Source: a virus. From it: 45,427 nt of DNA. Location: the IMG/VR virus record IMGVR_UViG_3300045988_099759; one strand, written 5' to 3'. The notes under the pieces were generated by a model that saw nothing but the letters and a program-made list of their open reading frames with translations, had not been told where the DNA came from and ran no database searches. A program made the translations under genes and the position numbers. Of the stretch, positions 36,097 to 42,922 are shown piece after piece; positions within the stretch are counted from its first letter, which is position 1, and every line of letters begins with the position of its first letter.

Positions 36097-36197
36097 GTAT
36101 TGTGGCCGCTGGGTCTTGAAGCGGACGGCCCTAGTCCCATAGTCAGAGGAGGTTTTCAAACTGACACCCGCGCCGTGAAACTCAAAATTTCAAAATT

Positions 36198-36392
36198 TTA
36201 TTTTTTTAGGGAACCTATTCCATTTTGGAATGAAATCTCGCATAGGGGGGGATGCCCTATTTTTGCTCCAATCGCGTAAGCGTCACGAATGATTCTTTCC
36301 AAAAGCTCTTCTATGGTGTAGTCATCGTACCACGCAGGACCTCGTTCTCCAACTGGTCCGTTGTTGTCGGCGTTGTATTTTTGCCGCTCCAT
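36198..36392 (-). CDS. Hypothetical protein (64 aa)
   Basis: AGAGGTG SD and a plausible globular sequence. Confidence 0.55.
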   Translation of the reverse strand: MERQKYNADNNGPVGERGPAWYDDYTIEELLERIIRDAYAIGAKIGHPPLCEISFQNGIGSLKK

Positions 36393-36610
36393 TGCTCACA
36401 CCTCTTAAATTTTATTTTTGAATGCGCTGGGGGAACTAACATATTCGTACCGGGCCGCGCTACCTATGAGCCCCGCCCTCCCCTTTATAGGGGGTACCCC
36501 CTGCCCTGCTGTCGCCTGCCCTTTTTCGGCAGACCGCCACAAAAAAATACCCCCGCCCGTCCTTCTTCATCTACAGCCCGTCCATGATTTCCGCCTACTA
36601 CTGGCCACTA

Positions 36611-36636
36611 TTTCGCTAAATACTTATTTAGCGAAA
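36611..36636. repeat. Perfect 12-2-12 palindrome TTTCGCTAAATA-CT-TATTTAGCGAAA
   Basis: Read directly from the sequence, 8 nt beyond the stop of the TerS-like gene. No T-run follows, so it is more likely a protein-binding site than a terminator. Confidence 0.7.
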
Positions 36637-36643
36637 CACGAAA

Positions 36644-37204
36644 TCACGTATTATCGTTCTTTTGTAGCCGCTTCTGGATATTCTGCATCAATTCTCTATC
36701 CGCATCGGTCACGGCCTCGGCTGAAATTTCCATCTGGTCAGCCGGCTTATCCCCCGCAGAATCGCGGAACGCCACGAACGCCTTCACGTTCCCGGCCATC
36801 GCCTGGACTGCCTGCGCGGCTGCCATCGCCTCATATATTGTACACGGCTTCCCGGTCTGCTCTGATATCTGCGCTGCTATCTCCTGCGCCGTCTCATCGT
36901 TCAACGCGTTGGTGCTGGACAACCGCAGTTCTCCGATTCCCTGGCATATCTCCTTTAACGTTCGGCGCTGTCTCTGTTTTTCGGTTCCCTTCTGCTGGCC
37001 GTTCCTTGCCATCTTCCGGAGTTCTTCGGGTTCCACTTCATCGAATGTTCGGCACGGCCTGAGGTTTGCCAAGCTGTTCGGATTCATCTTTCGACCTGCT
37101 GCGCTGATCAGTTCCCCGCGCTCTGCCTGCTGCCTTGCTCGCTCAACACCCTGCTGTGCCTTGCTCATCTGCTGGACGGCCTGCGCCGCCTTCTTCTCTG
37201 CCAT
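36644..37204 (-). CDS. Putative terminase small subunit
   Basis: 186 aa; AGGAGG SD; first gene of the late operon. 'NPNSLANLRP' and 'AQAVQAMAGNVKAFVAFRDSAGDKP' resemble small-terminase motifs. Confidence 0.5.
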   Translation of the reverse strand: MAEKKAAQAVQQMSKAQQGVERARQQAERGELISAAGRKMNPNSLANLRPCRTFDEVEPEELRKMARNGQQKGTEKQRQRRTLKEICQGIGELRLSSTNALNDETAQEIAAQISEQTGKPCTIYEAMAAAQAVQAMAGNVKAFVAFRDSAGDKPADQMEISAEAVTDADRELMQNIQKRLQKNDNT

Positions 37205-37229
37205 GTTGCCGCCCTCCTTTTATAGCAAC

Positions 37230-37259
37230 AAAAAAGCGCCCAGCGGTAAAGCTGGACGC
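37230..37259 (-). terminator. Intrinsic terminator between the RHH gene and the TerS-like gene
   Basis: On the minus strand: GCGTCCAGC-loop-GCTGGGCGC followed by TTTTTTG. Confidence 0.7.
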
Positions 37260-37293
37260 CTGAAGCCTAATTTTCGCGTTGATACGTTAAAAC

Positions 37294-37354
37294 TGTATAA
37301 TGAGTGAGCCCCGCCGCGGAAGCTCGCTTCCTCGCGGGGTTCACTCATTATACA
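37294..37354. repeat. 61-nt near-perfect inverted repeat whose two outer arms each read TGTATAAT
   Basis: TGTATAATGAGTGAGCCCCGCCGCGGAAGC-TC-GCTTCCTCGCGGGGTTCACTCATTATACA. Confidence 0.8.
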
Positions 37355-37380
37355 CATTTTACTACTTTAGTGCGATTTTG

Positions 37381-37581
37381 TCAAGGGTTTTTCGGTTTAT
37401 CGTGATTTTCTCGCTGCATCCTCTCGGAACATGCCTGCATAATGTATCCTTGCACACTCTGCCCGGCTGCTGCTGCTGCCTGCCGCACTGCTGCGCCGTC
37501 CTCCTTGCTGGGCCGGATTGTGATACTATCCCGGCTGCGATTGTACCTGACATTTGCCTGTATCTGTGCTTGTGATGCCAT
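37381..37581 (-). CDS. Ribbon-helix-helix (Arc/CopG-like) DNA-binding protein
   Basis: 66 aa; AGGAGG SD. 'ANVRYNRSRDSITIRPSKEDGAAVRQAAAAAGQSVQGYIMQA' fits a beta-strand plus two helices layout. Confidence 0.55.
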   Translation of the reverse strand: MASQAQIQANVRYNRSRDSITIRPSKEDGAAVRQAAAAAGQSVQGYIMQACSERMQRENHDKPKNP

Positions 37582-37610
37582 GTTGTCGCCTCCTCTTATA
37601 TAGTACTACC

Positions 37611-37639
37611 ATCATACCACACCGCGCCCAATACGTCAA
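37611..37639 (-). promoter_or_regulatory. Leftward sigma-70-type promoter for the RHH gene
   Basis: The minus strand reads TTGACG-17 nt-TATGAT. Confidence 0.6.
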
Positions 37640-37658
37640 CGTGTACAAGATGCACAAA

Positions 37659-37727
37659 ACACGTAGACGTTTGCTGTGTAGTCCTACAAACTACACGTCT
37701 ACGTATTGACAACATACACGTAGACGG
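37659..37727. promoter_or_regulatory. Three 12-bp operator-like repeats, ACACGT(A/C)(G/T)ACG(T/G)
   Basis: ACACGTAGACGT at 37659-37670, ACACGTCTACGT at 37693-37704 (inverted core) and ACACGTAGACGG at 37716-37727. The last fills the spacer of the rightward promoter. Confidence 0.7.
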
Positions 37728-37734
37728 ATATAAT
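37706..37734 (+). promoter_or_regulatory. Rightward consensus sigma-70 promoter for the J-domain operon
   Basis: TTGACA (37706-37711), a 17-nt spacer, then TATAAT (37729-37734). Confidence 0.75.
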
Positions 37735-37787
37735 AAAGCCATCGAAACAAAGAGCAGCCGCCCAGCGGCCCCACAGGAGGAAACAAC

Positions 37788-38321
37788 ATGACTACCACCT
37801 ATAAAACCTATAAATGGTTTAACCCCCGCCCCTGCACCATCACCGAAGGCACCGCGATGTATAGAGACCTCGCCAGCAAGCACCACCCCGACCACGGCGG
37901 CAGCGTCACCGACATGCAGGAGATCAACGCCGAGTGGGACGAGCTGAAGCCAACACTTCCCCGCTTCTGCAGTGAGCAGGCCAAGCAAGGCCGCCAGCAG
38001 TACCAGCAGACCAGAGCGGCAGAGGATGCCGCCAAGACCGCGCAGGATGCAGAGGCCGTCAAGATGGCCGCCGAACTGGCAAAGATGCCTGGCCTGCAAT
38101 TTGATGTTGTGGGTTCCTGGATTTGGGCAGACTGCAACCACCGTTATAATAAGCAGCTCGAGGCTCTCGGGTTCCGTTGGAGTAAGAACCGCTGCAAATA
38201 CTACTGGCACCCGGCAGGCGACAGCAGCCGCCGCAATCGCCGCGCATCCTATGAAGAAATCTACCAGAAGTACAACGGCACCAGCTACCAGACCCGCAGC
38301 CGCGAAACCATCTCCGCCTGA
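37788..38321 (+). CDS. J-domain (DnaJ-like) protein
   Basis: 'AMYRDLASKHHPDHGGSVTDMQEINAEW' contains the HPD motif. C-terminal 'GSWIWADCNH...LGFRWSKNRCKYYWH'. AGGAGG SD. Confidence 0.75.
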   Translation: MTTTYKTYKWFNPRPCTITEGTAMYRDLASKHHPDHGGSVTDMQEINAEWDELKPTLPRFCSEQAKQGRQQYQQTRAAEDAAKTAQDAEAVKMAAELAKMPGLQFDVVGSWIWADCNHRYNKQLEALGFRWSKNRCKYYWHPAGDSSRRNRRASYEEIYQKYNGTSYQTRSRETISA

Positions 38322-38388
38322 TACCTTGAGCCGCCGCACAGTAAAGCGACGGCATCCCACTACTAAAAAAGAAAAGGAGCAACAAGCA

Positions 38389-38610
38389 ATGACTAGAAAA
38401 CAGATTTTAGAATGGTGCGAGGAGCGCGTGGCACTGCCGTTTTCTTATGAAGACGGCGGTTATAACTTGACAAGTTCCTACTACGTCCGCGAATGGCCGA
38501 ACGGTGACCGCTACGAGTACCGCAGCACCCAGGACCGCAACACCAACATCGAGACGATCACCGTAAAAATTAACGGTGAAACCGTCTTGACTGATACCTC
38601 TAAATGCTGA
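38389..38610 (+). CDS. Hypothetical protein (73 aa)
   Basis: AAGGAG SD 8 nt upstream of the ATG. Confidence 0.55.
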   Translation: MTRKQILEWCEERVALPFSYEDGGYNLTSSYYVREWPNGDRYEYRSTQDRNTNIETITVKINGETVLTDTSKC

Positions 38611-38625
38611 AAGGAGCAGTCAACC

Positions 38626-39093
38626 ATGAAAACCCTACACCACACCGAAACCACCTGGCAGGGCCGCAAGATCATCATAGACGCGGCAGACCTCACCGCC
38701 GAATGTGGCTATATCGAAGTTGTGGCCATGTACCCCGATGGCCTGGAAATCGAGTGCTACCGCACTCACGACCCGGAGGACGCCCGCCTGATGTTCAACC
38801 ACTACTGCGACCTGGCCGCTGACCGGCCCACCGCCGACACCTACACCCGCGACGACTGGCACCGAGACGGAACGCTGCGCCCGCGCAAGGGTCAGGCAAT
38901 CACGTCGGAAGTTTACAACGAGATGTTAAACCGCGCCCCGACTTGCAAGCTGCCCCGCGACCTTCGTGGCGACTGGCAACGTGGCTATGTGATGACGGAG
39001 CCTTATAGCCAAGACGAGGCCGGCAACCTCTTGTATATGGCCTTCGTCGCCGACGGCCTGCGGCACTTCTATTATGGGCTTGTACGCCTCTGA
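38626..39093 (+). CDS. Hypothetical protein (155 aa)
   Basis: AGGAG SD; no recognisable motif. Confidence 0.6.
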   Translation: MKTLHHTETTWQGRKIIIDAADLTAECGYIEVVAMYPDGLEIECYRTHDPEDARLMFNHYCDLAADRPTADTYTRDDWHRDGTLRPRKGQAITSEVYNEMLNRAPTCKLPRDLRGDWQRGYVMTEPYSQDEAGNLLYMAFVADGLRHFYYGLVRL

Positions 39094-39163
39094 AACTCTC
39101 GCAGGGCTGCACAGAATAAAGCAGCCCCGCCCCATATCCCAAGACAGAAAAGGAGCTAATAAC

Positions 39164-39535
39164 ATGATCACCGGAATTAAAAGCATCGACCACCGCGCCG
39201 CCACTCGCACCCTGTATGAACTGGAAGGCACCACACCACGCGGCGAGCGCATCGGCGTGGAGTTTACCGCCTGCACCAACGACGGCAGCAAGCACAGCCT
39301 CTGCCAAATCTGGCACAAGGCAGGATATACCCCTTCCCCTCTGCCCTCTTACTGGGTTGTTGATGTGTACGCCACAGACGCCGCCGGATGTTGGGGCCGC
39401 TACAACCCCACCGAGAAGCGCCACCCCACCGAGCCGCGAATGGTTCTTGACTTCGACTGGGTTCTTCCCGCCACGCCTGCCAACCGTCACAAGATTCTTG
39501 CCGAGATCATCCGCCGCGCAAACAAGGAGGCCTAA
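39164..39535 (+). CDS. Hypothetical protein (123 aa)
   Basis: ATG at 39164 follows AAAGGAG. Confidence 0.6.
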   Translation: MITGIKSIDHRAATRTLYELEGTTPRGERIGVEFTACTNDGSKHSLCQIWHKAGYTPSPLPSYWVVDVYATDAAGCWGRYNPTEKRHPTEPRMVLDFDWVLPATPANRHKILAEIIRRANKEA

Positions 39536-39538
39536 CCC

Positions 39539-39721
39539 ATGAAGAAAGCATTTGTCGCCATCATCATCGCCGCCGCGCTGGCGGCGTCCTTCGCCGCCGG
39601 ATGCCGTGCCACCATGTTGAGCGCTCGCCTTGTCTCCGCCTCAGACAGCGCCCGCCTGCATCCGTCCTATGTGATCTCCTACCGCTTCGGCCCTCTTTGG
39701 TTTAATGAAATCTACGATTGA
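39539..39721 (+). CDS. Small lipoprotein (60 aa)
   Basis: Signal peptide with lipobox: MKKAFVAIIIAAALAASFAAG-C. AGGAGG SD. Confidence 0.65.
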   Translation: MKKAFVAIIIAAALAASFAAGCRATMLSARLVSASDSARLHPSYVISYRFGPLWFNEIYD

Positions 39722-39811
39722 ATAGCTGCAAGCCATCGCTGATTTATTCGTTTGAAATGTCGTATTCGTGTCGTATAAAGCCGCATTATCAGCTATACAT
39801 CGAACATATAA

Positions 39812-39839
39812 ACAGGTTCAAGTCCTGTTAGCCGCACCA
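39812..39839 (+). other. 3' fragment of a tRNA gene (T arm, acceptor 3' strand and CCA); predicted attP core
   Basis: ACAGG-TTCAAGT-CCTGT-TAGCCGC-A-CCA. No matching 5' half lies upstream. Confidence 0.7.
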
Positions 39840-39847
39840 TTTCAAAA

Positions 39848-39890
39848 AGAGCATATCTACGAGTCATGAACGTAGATGCGCTCTTTTTCT
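39848..39890 (+). terminator. Intrinsic terminator following the tRNA fragment
   Basis: AGAGCATATCTACG-loop-CGTAGATGCGCTCT followed by TTTTT. Confidence 0.75.
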
Positions 39891-39988
39891 ACGTCTTGCA
39901 ATGTCTCCATATGTTCAAGTATGTTATTTTTCGCGTCGTAAAACCGTCGTAAACGCTTTTATTTTTTCAAGATGTCGTAAAAGTGTCG

Positions 39989-40024
39989 TAAAAAAACAGC
40001 CCGATTGCACCATGCAACCGGGCT
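39989..40024 (-). terminator. Intrinsic terminator of the integrase gene
   Basis: On the minus strand: AGCCCG-loop-CGGGCT followed by GTTTTTTTA. Confidence 0.6.
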
Positions 40025-40028
40025 TCAA

Positions 40029-41144
40029 TTATATCGTTTTATCGCTTATAAATTTTTCAAGTGCCGCTCCTGCTGTATCGAGCTGGCGTTCCCGTATATG
40101 TGTATATACTCGCCGTGTTGTCGTAATGTCAGCATGCCCCATAAGGCGTTGTGCTTCCAGCTCGCCTATTCCTGCTTCATACAGCATCGAGGCGTACTCG
40201 TGCCGGAACTGGTGCGCCGTGACATCTGCTTTCCACACCTTCACCGCGGTTTCGTACACCTTGCCCCGGTGCTTGTTTTTCCGGACCTGTACGGTATAAT
40301 GTGCCATGCCCACATCCTTGCAATAATAAGCCCATCTGCGCTGATATGCTGTGCCTGTCAGCGGCTTTTCGCCGCCCAGTATAAAATCACTATCTGCCCC
40401 GCGCAGCGGTTCCAGCACGCCCCGCAGCGGCGACAGCAGCGGCACGGCACGCACGCCGCTTGCTGTCTTGGGCATCTGCACTATCGGCTTATTATGCACC
40501 CACGCCACTTCTTTACTTATGCTGATTCTGTTTTTCTCAAAATCCACATCCTGCCATTGCAGCGCCAGCACCTCACCCAAACGGCAGCCCGTATACATAA
40601 ACAGCCAAGCACACAGCCCGAACCCCTCCGGGTGTGCCTTGATCGTTTCCAACTGCTCCACCGTCGGCGGCTCCCTGCGCTCTTTTTTCATTCCTCGCGG
40701 CAAATCCGTAACTGTCACCGGGTTGTATGTTTCGCCATCTCTCACGCACCAAAACTTGAACACACAGGACAACACGCTCCGGGCGTTGCTTGCCGTCTTT
40801 CCTGCATAGCCTGCGGCCTTGAATTTCTCTCCCCACAGCGACACCAGCGCGGGCGTTATCTCCTTCATGCGGTACCCGCTAAACTCTTCCAGCGCTGCCT
40901 TGTAGCTTCCCTTGTAGGCTCTTTCCGCACCGGTCTTGATATTTTTTGAATGGGTCTCCCACCATTCACCGGCCACATCCTCAAATAGCGGGCCGTTCTC
41001 TTTCACCGCTTCCCGCTGGCGTTCGTACTCGTCAATTTTTGCGGCGACCTCTTTCGCGGTCTTGCCGTAAAAGTGTACCCGTTTGCCGTCATAGGTTTTT
41101 GTTTTCTCAATCAGCCCATCGGCCCGCGCTTTTGCTCTTGCCAT
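40029..41144 (-). CDS. int: Tyrosine recombinase (phage integrase)
   Basis: 371 aa. 'TGCRLGEVLALQWQDV', 'AHQFRHEYAS' and 'LMGHADITTTRRVYTH' give the R...HxxR...H...Y catalytic signature. AGGAGG SD. Confidence 0.9.
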   Translation of the reverse strand: MARAKARADGLIEKTKTYDGKRVHFYGKTAKEVAAKIDEYERQREAVKENGPLFEDVAGEWWETHSKNIKTGAERAYKGSYKAALEEFSGYRMKEITPALVSLWGEKFKAAGYAGKTASNARSVLSCVFKFWCVRDGETYNPVTVTDLPRGMKKERREPPTVEQLETIKAHPEGFGLCAWLFMYTGCRLGEVLALQWQDVDFEKNRISISKEVAWVHNKPIVQMPKTASGVRAVPLLSPLRGVLEPLRGADSDFILGGEKPLTGTAYQRRWAYYCKDVGMAHYTVQVRKNKHRGKVYETAVKVWKADVTAHQFRHEYASMLYEAGIGELEAQRLMGHADITTTRRVYTHIRERQLDTAGAALEKFISDKTI

Positions 41145-41205
41145 GTTGACACCCTCCTAAAATCGCTATATACTAAAAGATGCCAGCTTAACGCTGACAC
41201 CCTTT

Positions 41206-41246
41206 GCCCTTGTCGGTGCTCGACCCACCGGCAGGGGCTTTTTTAT
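41206..41246 (+). terminator. Plus-strand-oriented intrinsic terminator between int and the membrane-protein gene
   Basis: 13-bp stem GCCCTTGTCGGTG/CACCGGCAGGGGC followed by TTTTTTATT. Confidence 0.6.
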
Positions 41247-42016
41247 TGTGGCTCAAAATCCCATGTTACTTCAAACTTTGCTTCATTTCCGGAATACCTT
41301 CCGCTTGTTTCATACACATAAACATCTTCTGTTACGGTAAATCCGGTCTCAAAATCTCCATCTTCGATTGTAACATATCCGTCCAAGCTTCCGACGTCCG
41401 GCACACTGTCATCTTCTGTTATTTCTGCATACAGTGATACATCATCGCCAACGCTGCAATTTACCGTTGCTGGTAATTGTTTGTCACCTGCTTCAAAATA
41501 ATACCACCAATCGTTGCCAACATGATTATTATAAACCATAGTGGCTGATGCAGTAACTTTAAATGTGCCGGAGGTCTTTTTTGTTGTTGGCTTCGGCGTT
41601 GCGGTTGGCCGTGCTGTTGGTCTCGGCGTTGCTGTCGTTCTGGTTTCTGTGCTATCCTCGCTCACCGCAGCAGTCGCTGTTGTGTCATAGCTTCTGCTAT
41701 GTGGTGTGCTGTTCCACCACCACACAAAGCAGCAAAGCAATGCAAGCACCGCCACCGCTGTGCCTAAATACTTGTTCGCATCGTCTTTTGTCTCTGCCGG
41801 CTTCGGCGGCTGGCTTTTTGCCGTTGGCTGTAGCCGTTCGCATGTCACGCCGTTTTCGTAGCATTTCGGACACGCCCGCACATGGCCCGTGTGCTGTGCC
41901 TGTTCAATCGTGCCGCACTGCACCGTTTTTGCATTTTCGATTTCCGGGCAGTGCTGATTTGTGTGTACATAGTCGTCATTTTGGTCTGTGCGCCAAAATA
42001 CAAGTTGTTTGGGCAT
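41243..42016 (-). CDS. Membrane-anchored protein: Cys/His-rich N-terminal domain, TM segment, Thr/Pro linker and extracellular domain
   Basis: 257 aa. 'YVHTNQHCPEI...ACPKCY', TM 'GTAVAVLALLCCFVWWW' and a 'TPRPTARPTATPKPTT' linker. Located between int and the repressor gene. Confidence 0.65.
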   Translation of the reverse strand: MPKQLVFWRTDQNDDYVHTNQHCPEIENAKTVQCGTIEQAQHTGHVRACPKCYENGVTCERLQPTAKSQPPKPAETKDDANKYLGTAVAVLALLCCFVWWWNSTPHSRSYDTTATAAVSEDSTETRTTATPRPTARPTATPKPTTKKTSGTFKVTASATMVYNNHVGNDWWYYFEAGDKQLPATVNCSVGDDVSLYAEITEDDSVPDVGSLDGYVTIEDGDFETGFTVTEDVYVYETSGRYSGNEAKFEVTWDFEPQ

Positions 42017-42127
42017 ACAGCGTCACCTTTGTTCAATCTGCTAAATCCCCGCGCCGTTTTGCGCTTTTTCGCGCTGGCTCTCCCCTATACTGTAAATATC
42101 AACTACATTATAAGGGAGGTTTCCACA

Positions 42128-42250
42128 ATGTCCGTTATCATTCGCCCGCAGCTGCCGCCAAAGCATGGCCGCAGGAAGCGTCCCAAAAATCGGATTGTAA
42201 AACGTTCCAGCACGTTTTTGTGCAATTTACTGCTTGAATTACAACCATAA
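42128..42250 (+). CDS. Possible 40-aa basic peptide
   Basis: AAGGGAGG lies 8 nt upstream of the ATG. Sequence: MSVIIRPQLPPKHGRRKRPKNRIVKRSSTFLCNLLLELQP. Confidence 0.35.
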   Translation: MSVIIRPQLPPKHGRRKRPKNRIVKRSSTFLCNLLLELQP

Positions 42251-42305
42251 GTAGTGTATAGTTGTTTTCATAAACAACAGCTACATAATATAAAGGAGAA
42301 CGACC

Positions 42306-42443
42306 ATGCAGGAAATCAGCGATCAGGAATTTGTCGCCATGCTTCATCAGCTGCCGGACAAGGCAGCCTACATCAATTATTTAAAAGCCCTCGCAGCATC
42401 GCCAGACCCGCCGCCCGTTTCTCCGGCGGTAGCTGGTGCATGA
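42306..42443 (+). CDS. Possible 45-aa ORF convergent with, and overlapping, the repressor 3' end
   Basis: AAAGGAG lies 7 nt upstream of the ATG. 'AMLHQLPDKAAYINYLKAL' echoes the repressor tail 'DIMHQLPPEKRAAGLAMLRGLL'. Confidence 0.35.
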   Translation: MQEISDQEFVAMLHQLPDKAAYINYLKALAASPDPPPVSPAVAGA

Positions 42444-42699
42444 TGTCCAGCGCCTCTTTATCAAGTTCATCCACCCCATCAGCGGCAACGCTGGTGGGGT
42501 TTTCTTTTTCTGTGTTTAAAAGGTAGTCAACGGTCACGCCGAAGTAATCAGCTAGCTTTAACAAGACAGTCTGCCTTGGATTTGCCCCGTTTTTCCACCC
42601 CGTTACCGTGCCAGTGGATTTTACACCGACCTCTGCCGCAACGGTATTAGGGTATTTTCCTGCTTGGTTACACAAGCGCACAAAGTTATCCCAAAACAT
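42373..42699 (-). CDS. cI-like XRE-family repressor
   Basis: 108 aa. 'FWDNFVRLCNQAGKYPNTVAAEVGVKSTGTVTGWKNG' is an HTH_XRE pattern. Divergent from the cro-like gene. Confidence 0.8.
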   Translation of the reverse strand: MFWDNFVRLCNQAGKYPNTVAAEVGVKSTGTVTGWKNGANPRQTVLLKLADYFGVTVDYLLNTEKENPTSVAADGVDELDKEALDIMHQLPPEKRAAGLAMLRGLLNN

Positions 42700-42728
42700 A
42701 CAAATGCTTACACCTCATTTTGTGCAAT

Positions 42729-42914
42729 CCGCTGAAACTAATGAAACTAATGCGTAGCTATTGCAAAACTAATGTAGATGAGATATAATCATAGTATACA
42801 AACAAGCAAAGCAAAAGCTAAGCCCCATGTTTCAGCGGCTTACCAATGATTTCTGACAACTTCATTATAACTTTGGCTCTCTTGTTTGTCAATGAGATTA
42901 TCTCATTATTTCAT
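42729..42914. promoter_or_regulatory. cI/cro-type intergenic switch region
   Basis: (G/A)AAACTAATG occurs three times (42734-43, 42743-52, 42765-74). TTGCAA-17 nt-TATAAT spans 42761-42789. A 10-bp inverted pair CCGCTGAAAC/GTTTCAGCGG lies at 42729 and 42830. A perfect palindrome AATGAGAT-T-ATCTCATT lies at 42891-42907. Confidence 0.7.
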
Positions 42915-42922
42915 ATCGGGAG

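Larger units (their letters stand above)
39758..39994. promoter_or_regulatory. attP region: tRNA-3'-end core flanked by six arm-type repeats (T/C)GTCGTA(A/T)(A/T)
   Basis: Tandem 11-mers lie at 39758-39779 on the left, and at 39934-39955 and 39973-39994 on the right. The core is at 39812-39839, directly downstream of int. Confidence 0.7.

Noticed and set aside
35327-36159. ORFs inside the terL-upstream gap (35327..35668 -, 35626..35853 -, 35944..36159 -, and several on the plus strand).
   Set aside because: There are no RBSs and the translations are Arg/Cys/Gly-rich and implausible. They overlap the tRNA-like elements and hairpins. The region is treated as non-coding.
37596-38360. 254-aa minus-strand ORF covering the J-domain gene region. 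Similar cases are 40005..40949 (+) over int and 43936..44586 (-) over the RAMP-like gene.
   Set aside because: The opposite strand encodes proteins with unmistakable motifs (HPD J domain, tyrosine recombinase R-H-R-Y) and proper RBSs. These ORFs are Ala/Gly/Leu/Cys-rich shadows.
42138-42347. 69-aa minus-strand ORF between the membrane-protein gene and the repressor gene.
   Set aside because: There is no RBS, the sequence is implausible, and the region is better explained by two plus-strand micro-ORFs with strong RBSs.
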